Notes: generated from the sequence alone by a model not told the origin. Counted from the first letter of the stretch, positions 40,112-53,099 are shown. The stretch: DNA of 64,000 bases from Octopus bimaculoides (GCF_001194135.2 NC_068994.1:8954366-9018365); one strand, 5' to 3'. Translations and numbers: made by a program.

Positions 40112-43100
40112 TACGTACATACATATACATATATATATATATATATATATACATATGTATATACATATATATACATAGGTACATGCAGAAATAAACACAC
40201 ACACATATACACTTACGCACACACACGCACACACACATACACACATACATATATATGATTGGTACTTGTGGTAGCTGTCGCACTAGAGTGCAGTTAATAT
40301 ATAATGGGTTGTAATCGAAGTTTATCATAGGAGTTAACAGGAATCTTGTACATACACGCACACCTAGATGTATATATATATGCGAATACATCTCCACTGC
40401 AATGTGTGTGTGTGTATGTGTAATCGCACCACCATGTACATCACACACCACACAAACATACATACATATATATATAAATATATATATAATGTCTCTACAG
40501 GGAACTGATGCGAAAGACACGAACAAGGATATATGCATGTTAAAAATATATAAAACTGTAGCCTGAGAGAAAGTTAGTTTCCAAAGTCTTTCTTTTCGTT
40601 TTAGACAACCAATTGCATATGATGTATAAGTGAAAAGAAACACTCGCATGTTTAATGAGTTTAGACAAGAGACTATGCGAAAGCATGCGATAGCATACAT
40701 TTGACAACAAATTCTGTTCAGTACTGCTGCGAAACGTCAACTCGGATATGGTATCTGTAAACGTGAAAATTGATAATGAAATTACTGAGTGAAATCCACC
40801 AAGGTAGATAACAAACGTAGCCCATCAAGTGTTTCTATGAGACAAAATTACATTAAAGTCATGTATAATCTCTATCCGCTTCTCTCTCGTTTTCATAGGG
40901 TATTATATTCGAAACTATTTCATCCAGTACATTCGATATATTTTCAAGACGACAGGAAGCTATTCGACTGAGATCGAGTTGAATCGCAGATCCGAATGCA
41001 GTAACGTCATATATATATATNNNNNNNNNNNNNNNNNNNNNNNNNNNNNNNNNNNNNNNNNNNNNNNNNNNNNNNNNNNNNNNNNNNNNNNNNNNNNNNN
41101 NNNNNNNNNNNNNNNNNNNNNNNNNNNNNNNNNNNNNNNNNNNNNNNNNNNNNNNNNNNNNNNNNNNNNNNNNNNNNNNNNNNNNNNNNNNNNNNNNNNN
41201 NNNNNNNNNNNNNNNNNNNNNNNNNNNNNNNNNNNNNNNNNNNNNNNNNNNNNNNNNNNNNNNNNNNNNNNNNNNNNNNNNNNNNNNNNNNNNNNNNNNN
41301 NNNNNNNNNNNNNNNNNNNNNNNNNNNNNNNNNNNNNNNNNNNNNNNNNNNNNNNNNNNNNNNNNNNNNNNNNNNNNNNNNNNNNNNNNNNNNNNNNNNN
41401 NNNNNNNNNNNNNNNNNNNNNNNNNNNNNNNNNNNNNNNNNNNNNNNNNNNNNNNNNNNNNNNNNNNNNNNNNNNNNNNNNNNNNNNNNNNNNNNNNNNN
41501 NNNNNNNNNNNNNNNNNNNNNNNNNNNNNNNNNNNNNNNNNNNNNNNNNNNNNNNNNNNNNNNNNNNNNNNNNNNNNNNNNNNNNNNNNNNNNNNNNNNN
41601 NNNNNNNNNNNNNNNNNNNNNNNNNNNNNNNNNNNNNNNNNNNNNNNNNNNNNNNNNNNNNNNNNNNNNNNNNNTATATATATATATATATATATATTGA
41701 TAATAGTAATCGTTTCTTATTAGGAAACAAATTAGCTTTTTACAGGACTGCAAAAAGAAGTGCTCAAGTTAGTTGAGACAGGGATAAAACATTATTAGTT
41801 ATAGAATAAAAGCATTACATTTGGGTCAACGACTCAACATACAACATACCCCTCATTACGTCCACCAAGTAGTCTATCATCTTGAAACTGTATCTCACCC
41901 CTCAATTTATAATGATTTACTGAAAGATAATTGGCGACAAAAATGCAGTATTAATGTTTATGTCTGGTTTATGTGGCACATGTTCATTAATGTTTATTTC
42001 CTGGAAAATAGAGAAAGGTGTACGATCGATGAAATATTTAAAATCAATTAGTTACGGTACCTTTACATGTTTCGAACGATGTCTTCACACGTACTCAATA
42101 TACAGTTGTGAAAAGTTGCCATAATACTCATAAATTTGTAGATGGAATCTTTCTTGTGTGAAGTGAAATAAAAACAATTAAAGTGAAACGAAACTATTTT
42201 ATGCTGTATTCCTTATTTCTAAAGCTAATCGGAAATTGATGAAGGTGGTGGTACCAAGAGAATTTACGATATCTTAAGCATTCGCAGAACCAACTATATG
42301 CTTCCTTTCCCTCAGTACCTGTTACAGAATGTGGATTGAATGAAAGGTGAATTCCACTGTGAGAATTTCGTGTTGCATCTTCTGTATTTAATGCCATTAT
42401 CAGAATACAAATCTCTCTAAAGTTTTTACATTAGACACTAATAACTGATGAACATTAAATTATCCGAAATTGATTCAAGCCATGGAAATGACTGCAAAAA
42501 TATTAATGTTGTTTACCCTCGAGGAAAGATAACTGCACATTTAATTAATGAAACTTGTGATAATGAAATAAGGGCTAGAATATTTAAATTTGAGTGTTGG
42601 ATATTTCTAGTGGATCTGAATATTAAGATAAAACAAGAGATTTATTTTTACTGATGATGAATTATTTCTAAACGAAAAGCATTGCACCCGGAGGTATCTC
42701 ATTATTATAGAATATCTCCGACGTCTATCATTGTATTAGATGTTCATTTCCAGTCCATTTTACTAGAATTCAGTCTAAATGATTCTCATGAGCAATGGAA
42801 GATTTATTCGTTTAAGAGCAGATAATTTCGAAATCCCTGCAGACAACATTTCTGAATACTGATAGAGGATGGATCTCATAATTCAAAATAGGATTTGTTG
42901 TCCAATTTTATGACTAATTTATTTAACTGGCATTCTACATTCACCAGCATGCAATAAAAAAAAACAAGAACATATTTTAGATAATGAACTATGTCAAACA
43001 AAGAAACGTTAATTCTTTCAAAGCGGGGATGATGATAAATAGATTATTTGTTGCAAACTAATCTATTATTTCAAATGATAAGGAGTGTGCTGCTTGGGAC

Positions 43101-43267
43101 CTCGGAAAAGAATGAAACGAAGTATGAATGATTGACAAGGAAGAAAGAGCTCTAAACAAAAGCACATTTAGGAAGATTTACAAACCGAAAAGCGGATCGC
43201 ATTCTCTTTGAAATGGAAAGAGAACAAAGGGGGAAGTAATTATAGGAATTTACGTACGAGTTAGACG

Positions 43268-43435
43268 TGGTTTGTTGTTTAAGAAGCCAGCTGTACAGAC
43301 AGGTGGTACTGGGTTCAGTCTCATTGCGTGTTACCTTGAATAAATATCTTCCACTATAGCTCCAGCTCGACGATAGCCTTGTAAGTCAATCTGATTGACG
43401 GAAATTCTGTGTGTGACAGGCCATCGAATGTACAT
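43268..43435 (+). mobile_element. Degenerate SINE type B 5' half
   Basis: gggttcagtctcattgcgtgttaccttgaataaatatcttccactatagc...gccttgtaagt...gacggaaat, followed by (CA)n. Confidence 0.65.
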
Positions 43436-43441
43436 ATATAT

Positions 43442-43507
<66 letters not shown>

Positions 43508-43521
43508 GTATATATAACAAT

Positions 43522-43663
43522 TGCAGCGCGGAAGGTGTTTATAAGCCATTTAAAATAACACACAAAGACCGTTAGAATCACTTCAACATTTAAATTTAAT
43601 TTGTCAAAGTATTTTCGCCGCTTTGAGAACGCGACCTGTTCACTGACAAAATTCTGTGCTGCA
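43522..43663 (-). mobile_element. 142-bp short element with imperfect 12-bp inverted ends, carrying a hammerhead-like fold
   Basis: tgcagcgcggaa (43522-43533) versus ttctgtgctgca (43652-43663), 10/12 complementary; embedded between (TA)n runs. Confidence 0.6.
43600..43650 (-). ncRNA. Minimal type-I hammerhead ribozyme-like fold, G3-C8 core variant
   Basis: Minus-strand RNA: UUUGUCA GUGAACA G GUCGC guucucaaa GCGGC GAAA AUAC U U UGACAAA. It has a 7-bp stem I, a 5-bp stem II, GAAA and UH, with core GUGAACA. Confidence 0.68.
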
Positions 43664-43674
43664 TCTCAGAATTA

Positions 43675-43706
<32 letters not shown>

Positions 43707-44614
43707 CAATTATATATATATATATATACATATATGTATACATATATGCATATATAAGTTCATACACATATACATATGAACATATACATATACACATGTC
43801 GTATACACCTGCACACATTTATATATGTTGTTTATGTGTAATCAGCCGCACTTTCATCGTTGTAAAGACAGGATATCACCAATATAACAATATTGCAGAA
43901 TTGAGCGACCAATGTAAACATGACGTTCAACTGTTTCTAAGAATTCAGTGTACGGGAAATTAACTTGCATATAACAACACCTAATTTCCGAATGATAAAG
44001 TCACAATGATATACGAAACATCTAGACCTATGTTTAGAGCATATTACCACTATGCGATATCCAGCGCTGTCAAGCTTAGTTATGTAAAGTAATAGCCATT
44101 GCAATAAGCCGGTATCTTGTTAATCTCATGGTTAGTGCTGCAATGTAATCGGATCAGTAGAGGTTTGTACAAAATATCAACAACAACAACAACGACAAAA
44201 ACATTCATAACTGGCAACGAAGGCTACAACTAACACAACAACAACTCGTAACGTAGTACGTTATCTCCTCCCTGCACATTACGTATACCACACACCCTTT
44301 TCTGAGAACTGTGTGTAGGTTGTCATTATATCAGATATAATCAATATGAAATCGTAGATCCTATTTGGTAACATATCATTTTAGAGTCTGAAGGAAAGCG
44401 TAATATTCCATTGGGTAATTGGTCTCAGCATCTTAAAATGGACATATAGCAGATACTAGAAACGTAAATGTTTGCGCAATACATTTCACAGATCCGCAGA
44501 AGATATGTGACGTTATATATTAATAAGAATAAATATATTATCATATGTGTATGTATGTGTATGTATGTGTATGTATGTGAGTCGGTGTAAGCATATATAT
44601 ATATATATATATAC

Positions 44615-44880
44615 GAATCTAATCAAATCAAATCAAATTTATTGTCAGGAGAAGAGCACAAGGTGCTTAAGCCATTAAAAGAAAACAAACAAGAACAAAC
44701 AGTTATTGTTATATACAGATCTATACATAGTCGTCAAGGTTGACCAGAGTCTCTTTGAACAGGGGAGTGATAGGCATTTGAATGACATCTTGTGGTAGCT
44801 TGTTCCACGGGGCTGCGATACGGACGGAGAAGGCGCCGGGGTTAAAATTTACGATCATGTCCACGAAGCCCTCTATCCGT
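44615..44880 (-). mobile_element. CR1/L2-type LINE 3' end with (TTTGA)n tail
   Basis: GAFSVRIAAPWNKLPQDVIQMPITPLFKETL matches the CR1 C-terminus FFSxRVxxxWNxLP...FKxxLD; the tail is aatcaaatcaaatcaaat on the plus strand. Confidence 0.82.
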
Positions 44881-44883
44881 ACA

Positions 44884-44931
<48 letters not shown>

Positions 44932-44957
44932 CACACATGTATGTATGCATATATATA

Positions 44958-45175
44958 TTTTTTATTTATGCGCCCTTTTAAAGCCTAGCCATGCTCAAGG
45001 GCCCGGTTTCCCGGTTTCTATGGCGTGTGTGTTTCCCCCCCCCCCCAGCTGGACTGGAAGCCAGTCCATCGCAGCCTTACTCAAGACACAGGACGAAAGA
45101 GTGAGAAAAAGTTGGTTGGGGCAAAAGAGGAGACGAGGGGTCGCCGGAGCATATTATAAGGTACCAACGACGGCC
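44958..45175 (-). mobile_element. SINE type D-like 3' part
   Basis: gcgcccttttaaagcctagcc...ggcccggtttcccggtttctatggcg...gccagtccatcgcag...gagtgagaaaaagttgg; the distal part overlaps the type D body seen at 54030-54070. Confidence 0.7.
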
Positions 45176-46563
45176 TCTTAAACGGAATATTTTCAGTGTC
45201 TTAATACTAGTTTCTCCCTGTAAAATCAAAAGGAAGAATACAAATCGAATATCACGTCTGATCGATATTGGTCTCAAAATTTAATCTACTAAAGAACACG
45301 AAGAATAAGGTTTGAAACTTACATACAACCTAAATATGTGAGGCAGTTGTGGAAGCATTGACATCGAGAGTAGAAGTAAAGAAGAGACCGGTCTATAATG
45401 CATCACGAACAATGCAAAAACAAACAAAAGGATGCGCGTGCACATTGCAGTAGGGTGGCTTGTATTCAGAATAAAATGTTTGTGATCGTGTACTTCACTC
45501 ATCACTGCGCTGTTCGATGCGCTAGGTATGTACCTATCCATGTTGATCTGTAAAATGTTAGATTAGTGCCTCAGCGAGCCAATACACCAGGTAACGAAAA
45601 TACTATTGATATGACTAGAGAGCAATTAGCTGGTAACGATAGCTTCTATTACTCCTGCGATTATATTGTTTACAACACGTCAATCATACCAACAAACCAC
45701 GCCATATTGAACCACACAGTAATCTTTCCCTTCAAATTAAACTGAAACATACCACACGATGTACTTAACAACCCATACTACAGTACATTACACTTCAGTG
45801 AACACTAACGACATTTCGAAATGTAACTTCCGTTTAACAGCTCACATTCCAATCGACAATTGATTGCAATGGCCGGCCATCTTTGATTGCTATATCTTTG
45901 GGAGAAAACGTTGTTGTCTTTGCTTTTCCTTGAGTTATTTTGTTTTACTTGTAACTTGTTTATATAGTTTATTATTTTATTTTTTCTTTCCATCGTTCCT
46001 TTCATTTACATTAAACTAACGAGAAGAGATAGAGTGCGGTTTGGCAGTAATCAGCGCTTACTAACAAGAACATTAGCATTTCTGTAACAAGGTTTTAATA
46101 TGCAAGACTCAAGTTGTCATGTGCTTACACACATGACAAACACACGTTCATGCATACACACACACATTTCACAGTTACTCTCATGAATTTATATTGATAC
46201 ATGGACATACATAAACCATATTTTGTACATGGAAATATGCGAGCAAATGCAAAATAAAAATAAAAAAAGGTTATCATGTTCAAAAGTTCGCTTTTTCAGC
46301 ATTCATTATAGCCTTCTTATTCTTTCTCCTTATCCTACAAACATACATAAAGAAACAACACAGCAAGAAATTAAGACTGGCATTAATATATGCACACAAG
46401 CGAGGAAGCACATTCAAATACACAAGCAACAATGTGACAAATCAAAGTTATATTTACGCTCATTCAGTTACTTAACCAGAGATGCCTTGCTTAGGTAAAT
46501 GATTATTGCAGTTGTGCAGCCCATACCAATGGGACATCATAAGCTATTGGCTTATCTATATAT

Positions 46564-46611
<48 letters not shown>

Positions 46612-47211
46612 NNNNNNNNNNNNNNNNNNNNNNNNNNNNNNNNNNNNNNNNNNNNNNNNNNNNNNNNNNNNNNNNNNNNNNNNNNNNNNNNNNNNNNNNN
46701 NNNNNNNNNNNNNNNNNNNNNNNNNNNNNNNNNNNNNNNNNNNNNNNNNNNNNNNNNNNNNNNNNNNNNNNNNNNNNNNNNNNNNNNNNNNNNNNNNNNN
46801 NNNNNNNNNNNNNNNNNNNNNNNNNNNNNNNNNNNNNNNNNNNNNNNNNNNNNNNNNNNNNNNNNNNNNNNNNNNNNNNNNNNNNNNNNNNNNNNNNNNN
46901 NNNNNNNNNNNNNNNNNNNNNNNNNNNNNNNNNNNNNNNNNNNNNNNNNNNNNNNNNNNNNNNNNNNNNNNNNNNNNNNNNTCCAACACTGTCTGTTTTT
47001 TATGTTTTATTTATATTCCTGCAGAACTAATGTGGGGTATAGAATATGGAATATACAATATATAATATGATATACAATATACAATATAAAATAAAATAAA
47101 ATAAAAATGGATGGCACCATGAAAGAAAGTATTGAATGTAGATGAAATATTGAGTGTTCAATATAAAGGATCAAATATATAAATATATAAATATAAATAT
47201 ATATATATAAA

Positions 47212-47251
47212 GGCGACTCGAGTTTCAGGGCTATTTCCCTTCGTCATGGCC
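47212..47251 (-). ncRNA. Minimal type-I hammerhead ribozyme-like fold with a 1-nt core insertion
   Basis: Minus-strand RNA: GGC C(A)UGACGA AGGG aaauag CCCU GAAA CUCGAG UC GCC. It has a 4-bp stem II, a palindromic ACUCGAGU stem III, a GUC cleavage triplet and a 3-bp stem I. Confidence 0.7.
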
Positions 47252-47739
47252 GGTATATGTATATATATATACGCATATAAGTATATGTGTTTATATATGT
47301 GTGTTTGTATAAATATAACTATATGTATATATACATTTATACACATATGTACACTTAATCGGTAATTGCAGTTTATTTCTGGTGATCAGCCTTAATGCCT
47401 ATGTGACAATAACGAGACAAAAATAACAAGGTCGTCTGCAAAGAATGTAAACAAGGTGTAAAGCGTTTAATGGATTTAGTGGGATATGCATTGATGTTTC
47501 TATATCCATGTGTATGTTTGTGTGTATGTGTGTGTGTGTTTGTGTGAGCCTGTCTGTCTGTCTGACACTACTGGTTTGATATTCTAAATGATCCCATAGG
47601 CCGGGCGCATAAAATAGTTATTTGGTATATGAGGCAGAGGAAATGAGATGGGCATTTAAAATCAGATATTTGAGAAAGAAACAACGACGACGGGTACAGC
47701 GAGAGAGTAATAACGATGAAGAAAGGCAGACAAAGGATA

Positions 47740-47757
47740 GATAGATAGACAGATAGG

Positions 47758-47807
<50 letters not shown>

Positions 47808-48035
47808 TATAGATAGGTGAACAGAGAATGAGATAAAGAGAGTAATGATCAAGAGAAAAGATAGGAGAACGTATGTGCGACTGCGCAGGGAAAATTGTAG
47901 ATTGATCATGTAAAAAGATACAGAAAGTAAAGAATGTCCTTGAAATGTGGACATTTGATGTGATTAGAGAGAGAGAGAGAGAGAGAGAGAGGGAGTGAGA
48001 GAGAGGGAGAGAGAATGAGAGAGAGAGAGAGAGAA
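47740..48035. repeat. (GATA)n and (GA)n microsatellites
   Basis: Runs at about 47740-47815 and 47966-48035. Confidence 0.93.
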
Positions 48036-48830
48036 GGAAAGCTAGATATATATTAAGATATAAATGGAGGTTATCCATGACTGACGTGAAAGGCAGTGTG
48101 ATAGAAAGAAAGAAACAAAATGATAGAGAGGCAGAAATCTGTCGAGACTGTTATTGTGAAATACGCGTAATTTAGAAATAAATACTATGAGATTAAGAAA
48201 AGAGTAGACGTTGAATAGGAATGGTTGGATATGAATAAAATGCTGTCTGTGTAAGAGAATAATAACGGTGTTATGTGAGCTGGAGAGAAGAAGATATTAC
48301 TGAGCCATATATTAGAGTTAATGTGTATGAGCGTACGTGTTGGCGGAGAGTTTTGCATGTGTGTCTTTGCGAATCAAGGTAGGAATAGTTGCATTGTGCA
48401 GATAGATAGATAGATAGATACATAGATAGATAGATATATGAGTTTACGATGAATATGTGTGTATTTGTATGTGTGTCTGGGTGAGTGCGTATGTATGTAT
48501 ATCATAAACTCTTTTCCATTCAAGCGAGGTTCGTAAGAAACTATGAAAGATATATATTTCCAAGCAAGGCAATATATCATTCTGTTTTGATGGGATTTTC
48601 ACAAGCATTGGACAAGGACCAGATCATATGCAAACACTGGCACACACTCACACATACATGCAGGAATAAATATAAATATACGCAATCTCTGTTCTCCAAA
48701 TCCTCACCTACAATTTTGTTGGCACCCGGTTATAGTCGAAGGTAATTAACACTGTTACAATACATTTCGACTGAAAACGAATTCAGACATCCACAGCTTG
48801 ACCTTTTTTAACTACGTACCCTAGCGCCAC

Positions 48831-50300
48831 CTATATATAAAATTGGCTCATTGAAAAAATTGGTTCTTTGAAATGCTGCAAAATATTCTCTACTGAAAAA
48901 CATTTTATATTCTTCAGTATATTAATATTCTCTGGCAAACGGTGGATGAGCTTTTTATAAAGGCAGAGTAAACATTGTTGTGCTCTTTTGAGAATATTAT
49001 TTTCTTCGGCGGCTGTTACAGTCTTCTTGATAATCATTTCTGCTATCTTTCTCTCAAACCTGTAGCCTAAAAAATATGGTTTAGGAACCAGAATTTTTTT
49101 CAATAGAAGCATCAGGATCAAGAGGATCAATTCTACATGTTAGCAACACTATCGTATTAGCAACGGATTTGATCAAATTTGAAGGATCTTCAAGTAATTT
49201 TGTTTTGTCGAAAGTGTTTGATTCAAAGAGTTTATTCATTTCTTGAACATGTTTTAAAATTGGATGCAAAAATAAAAGGTAAAGTTCATTCCTAGAATCA
49301 CAAAACATTTCATGTAAGATTTGTGCTGCAAATCATTTTTCTTTTGTAGTTGTAGTTTGGAAGTGAGTTTGCGATTCAAACCATTGGCTTAGAATTCTAT
49401 TTACAGCTAGTTCTATTGAAAGCCACCTAGTTGTACAAGAATTCACAATCTTCAAAGGCACTTTAACATTGATAGTAAGGTAAAGTTGTCTGTAGGCACT
49501 TTGTCTTGTTGAAGAATGAGGAACCATTTACAGGTTTCGGTTACTAAAAATTCTAAATTTATGGGCAGGCATTCAATACAATTGTGGGATACTGCCAACT
49601 GTATGATATACACATCTGAATAGAAGTAATGGCGGAACTTCTTTTAATTTCTGGAAAACACCATTGTTGAACCCTATCGTTACTCTTGCATTGTCAGTTC
49701 CTGTAGCCAGTAAATTTTTTATATCGAATTTCTTTTTCACTAAATCAATTTCTAAGGCATCTACAAGGTTTCTAAAGATACCATAGTGAGATATGTTTGT
49801 ACAACTTTTTTGTGAGTGTCACTGCAATATGTGATAACAATTGCTAGCAACTCGTTTATTGATATATCATTGGATTCATCTAATAACAGGCTAAATCTTC
49901 TATCTCCTATATCGGAAATCAAATCTCCATCAAAATATGGAGCTAGAACATTTCTCACAATATTTGCACATTTTGTACGATGCAACTTCACTTTGGACAT
50001 AATGTCACTATCAGATATATAATTCTTACATAACTCCATTAAGTGATCACAGCTATGCTATTAAAGGATGAGTGGCAACAAATAAACATTGCTAAATTTG
50101 CTTCGAGCATAGATGTCTTAACTTTTTGCTTTTAATAAACCTGGTATGAGGAATCATTTGCTGTGGAGTTGATGCCTTATGTTTCTTTGATTCACTGTGC
50201 CTTACTAAACGACAATATTTTGCCAACATATTATATCTACAATATTTCCAAGGTGCTTTAGATTGGTCACTAGGTACTTCACACAACCACTTAGTTGCTC
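48831..50300 (-). pseudogene. Decayed hAT-superfamily transposase (BED finger and DDE-type core), 3'-truncated
   Basis: KWLCEVPSDQSKAPWKYC...LVRHSESKKHK (BED-like); HRTKCANIVRNVLAP...FSLLLDESND; GTDNA...GFNNGV...FRCVYH (D-N-A and CxxH); CTTRWLSI..AVNRILSQW; LYLLFLHPIL. Multiple frameshifts and stops; no dimerisation domain or TIR pair found. Confidence 0.9.
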
Positions 50301-51213
50301 ATTATAATGTAGTAGGAAGCAAAAAATAATTGAATGATTAATAAAAGTATAAAATTGAAAACACAACTTAACAGTTTGCCACTCACAATTCTTTCATTTG
50401 CCGTTCAGAATTCATATGTTTGCTGCTTACACATTTTTGAGGTGAAGAATACTGATTCGGAATGCAGGGTAACCAACTTATAAATGGAAAAGTAAAATCT
50501 GCAGAAATCCCAAAACTGTGTACTGATATAAACCTGGGAGTATCATATTTCGCTTCCAATCTTACATTTAATATCTATTGGTAAAACCACAAATATAACT
50601 ACAATATTGAAAAAAAAAGTAAGTAGAAACACTTTATATTCTATATAAGGTATATAATCCAACACAAGCATGAAAAAGCAAAGGCCTATTTTAAAACAGT
50701 CAAACTGAAAGTAAATCAGTCAACCTGTCATAATAAAAATCACTACAGAATAAAGCATTGTTAGGGCGAATTTCCATGCTTGTATTCTTTGCAACATATT
50801 TACATTATTGTGTAGGGAGTTCAGGTGCTCACATGAGTTATTTTATCCCCCCCCCCTACCAACACCAATCTATATCGAAGCCGGTGGTGGAGGTCGGGGC
50901 TGGAACAGTTCATAACTTGATAAATTTCCGTTTGATAAACTTTCATTTGAAGTTTCATGAAAGTGAAAGAAAAATTCAACAATGGCCTATAGAACAAAAA
51001 ATTTGGCAGTAAGATACGTTAAGGAAATTACAAAAGGAGGAAAAAAAAGCAAAAAAGGGTAACTATTGTCGAAATGTCATGATCAGAAAAAAATGGTAAA
51101 TAAAATTCAAACTTGTTATTTTCCCTGATAAATGACAGATTCAAAAATTATCTCCTAACTGCTGAAAAAAATTATTAGAACTAGCATAAATATGCAAAAT
51201 TCCCAATCCTTTC

Positions 51214-51256
<43 letters not shown>

Positions 51257-51311
51257 TATATATATATATGAATATACATATACACAGACACACACAAACA
51301 CACACACACGC

Positions 51312-51389
<78 letters not shown>

Positions 51390-51921
51390 GTGTATGTGTG
51401 TGAATGTACACTTACAAACACATATGCAGATAGATCTAGATGCCGTTTCACTCCTGTACTGGGATGGTTCTTAGGAATGTCGTGCTATTGGAATCTCGCT
51501 GTAGTTCAAGACAAAAATGATCTCAGTAATTATGTTATGTAACTTATTCTGCTGGTCTTTTAGTTTCAGCTGGTAAGTTACGGATCACAAACAAAACAGC
51601 ACAGATTGCCAGCAATGCGGAGATAGATATACACATCTATATAAACGTATAACTAGATTCTTAGACAACAGGACACTTGCACAAGCACTTGCAGAGATGC
51701 CAGCGACTGTATGATGTATATAATTTAAAACACTATATGTGTGTTTGTTAGTGCGTTTTACGTTTACATTGTATATTAGAATTGTCTAGAACTGACAGAA
51801 AACACTGATAGAACATATAGGGACGACGTGACAGACCCATCGAATTATATGAGGAAGCAGATATACATTAAAATCGGAGTTTATTTCTCACAGAAACAAC
51901 AAAGTTCATCTATATGTATGT

Positions 51922-51963
<42 letters not shown>

Positions 51964-52829
51964 NNNNNNNNNNNNNNNNNNNNNNNNNNNNNNNNNNNNN
52001 NNNNNNNNNNNNNNNNNNNNNNNNNNNNNNNNNNNNNNNNNNNNNNNNNNNNNNNNNNNNNNNNNNNNNNNNNNNNNNNNNNNNNNNNNNNNNNNNNNNN
52101 NNNNNNNNNNNNNNNNNNNNNNNNNNNNNNNNNNNNNNNNNNNNNNNNNNNNNNNNNNNNNNNNNNNNNNNNNNNNNNNNNNNNNNNNNNNNNNNNNNNN
52201 NNNNNNNNNNNNNNNNNNNNNNNNNNNNNNNNNNNNNNNNNNNNNNNNNNNNNNNNNNNNNNNNNNNNNNNNNNNNNNNNNNNNNNNNNNNNNNNNNNNN
52301 NNNNNNNNNNNNNNNNNNNNNNNNNNNNNNNNNNNNNNNNNNNNNNNNNNNNNNNNNNNNNNNNNNNNNNNNNNNNNNNNNNNNNNNNNNNNNNNNNNNN
52401 NNNNNNNNNNNNNNNNNNNNNNNNNNNNNNNNNNNNNNNNNNNNNNNNNNNNNNNNNNNNNNNNNNNNNNNNNNNNNNNNNNNNNNNNNNNNNNNNNNNN
52501 NNNNNNNNNNNNNNNNNNNNNNNNNNNNNNNNNNNNNNNNNNNNNNNNNNNNNNNNNNNNNNNNNNNNNNNNNNNNNNNNNNNNNNNNNNNNNNNNNNNN
52601 NNNNNNNNNNNNNNNNNNNNNNNNNNNNNNNNNNNNNNNNNNNNNNNNNNNNNNNNNNNNNNNNNNNNNNNNNNNNNNNNNNNNNNNNNNNNNNNNNNNN
52701 NNNNNNNNNNNNNNNNNNNNNNNNNNNNNNNNNNNNNNNNNNNNNNNNNNNNNNNNNNNNNNNNNNNNNNNNNNNNNNNNNNNNNNNNNNNNNNNNNNNN
52801 NNNNNNNNNNNNNNNNNNNNNNNNNNNNN

Positions 52830-52909
<80 letters not shown>

Positions 52910-53099
52910 TGTGTGTGAGTGAGCCTGTGTAATTTTGTATGCATGGCTGTCTATATGCTCTAACTTTGTTTGGCGACATATACATGATAGGTGTAGAATG
53001 ACTCCGAAGCATACAAATGAAAAGAAAGCAGATGTTTTTGAATTAGCTTTGGCGTGCTGAAGATGAGTAGAGAATGTGATGATAACACTTCTAATGAAG

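Noticed and set aside
42055-42100. Hammerhead-like words on minus (gtgaaga...cgaaacatgta)
   Set aside because: G3 is not compensated at position 8, and stems I and II do not pair properly; at most a dead relic.
45790-45850. tcagtgaaca...cgaaa resembling the G3-C8 motif, with the 14-bp palindrome acatttcgaaatgt
   Set aside because: No stem II or stem I pairing in the required register.
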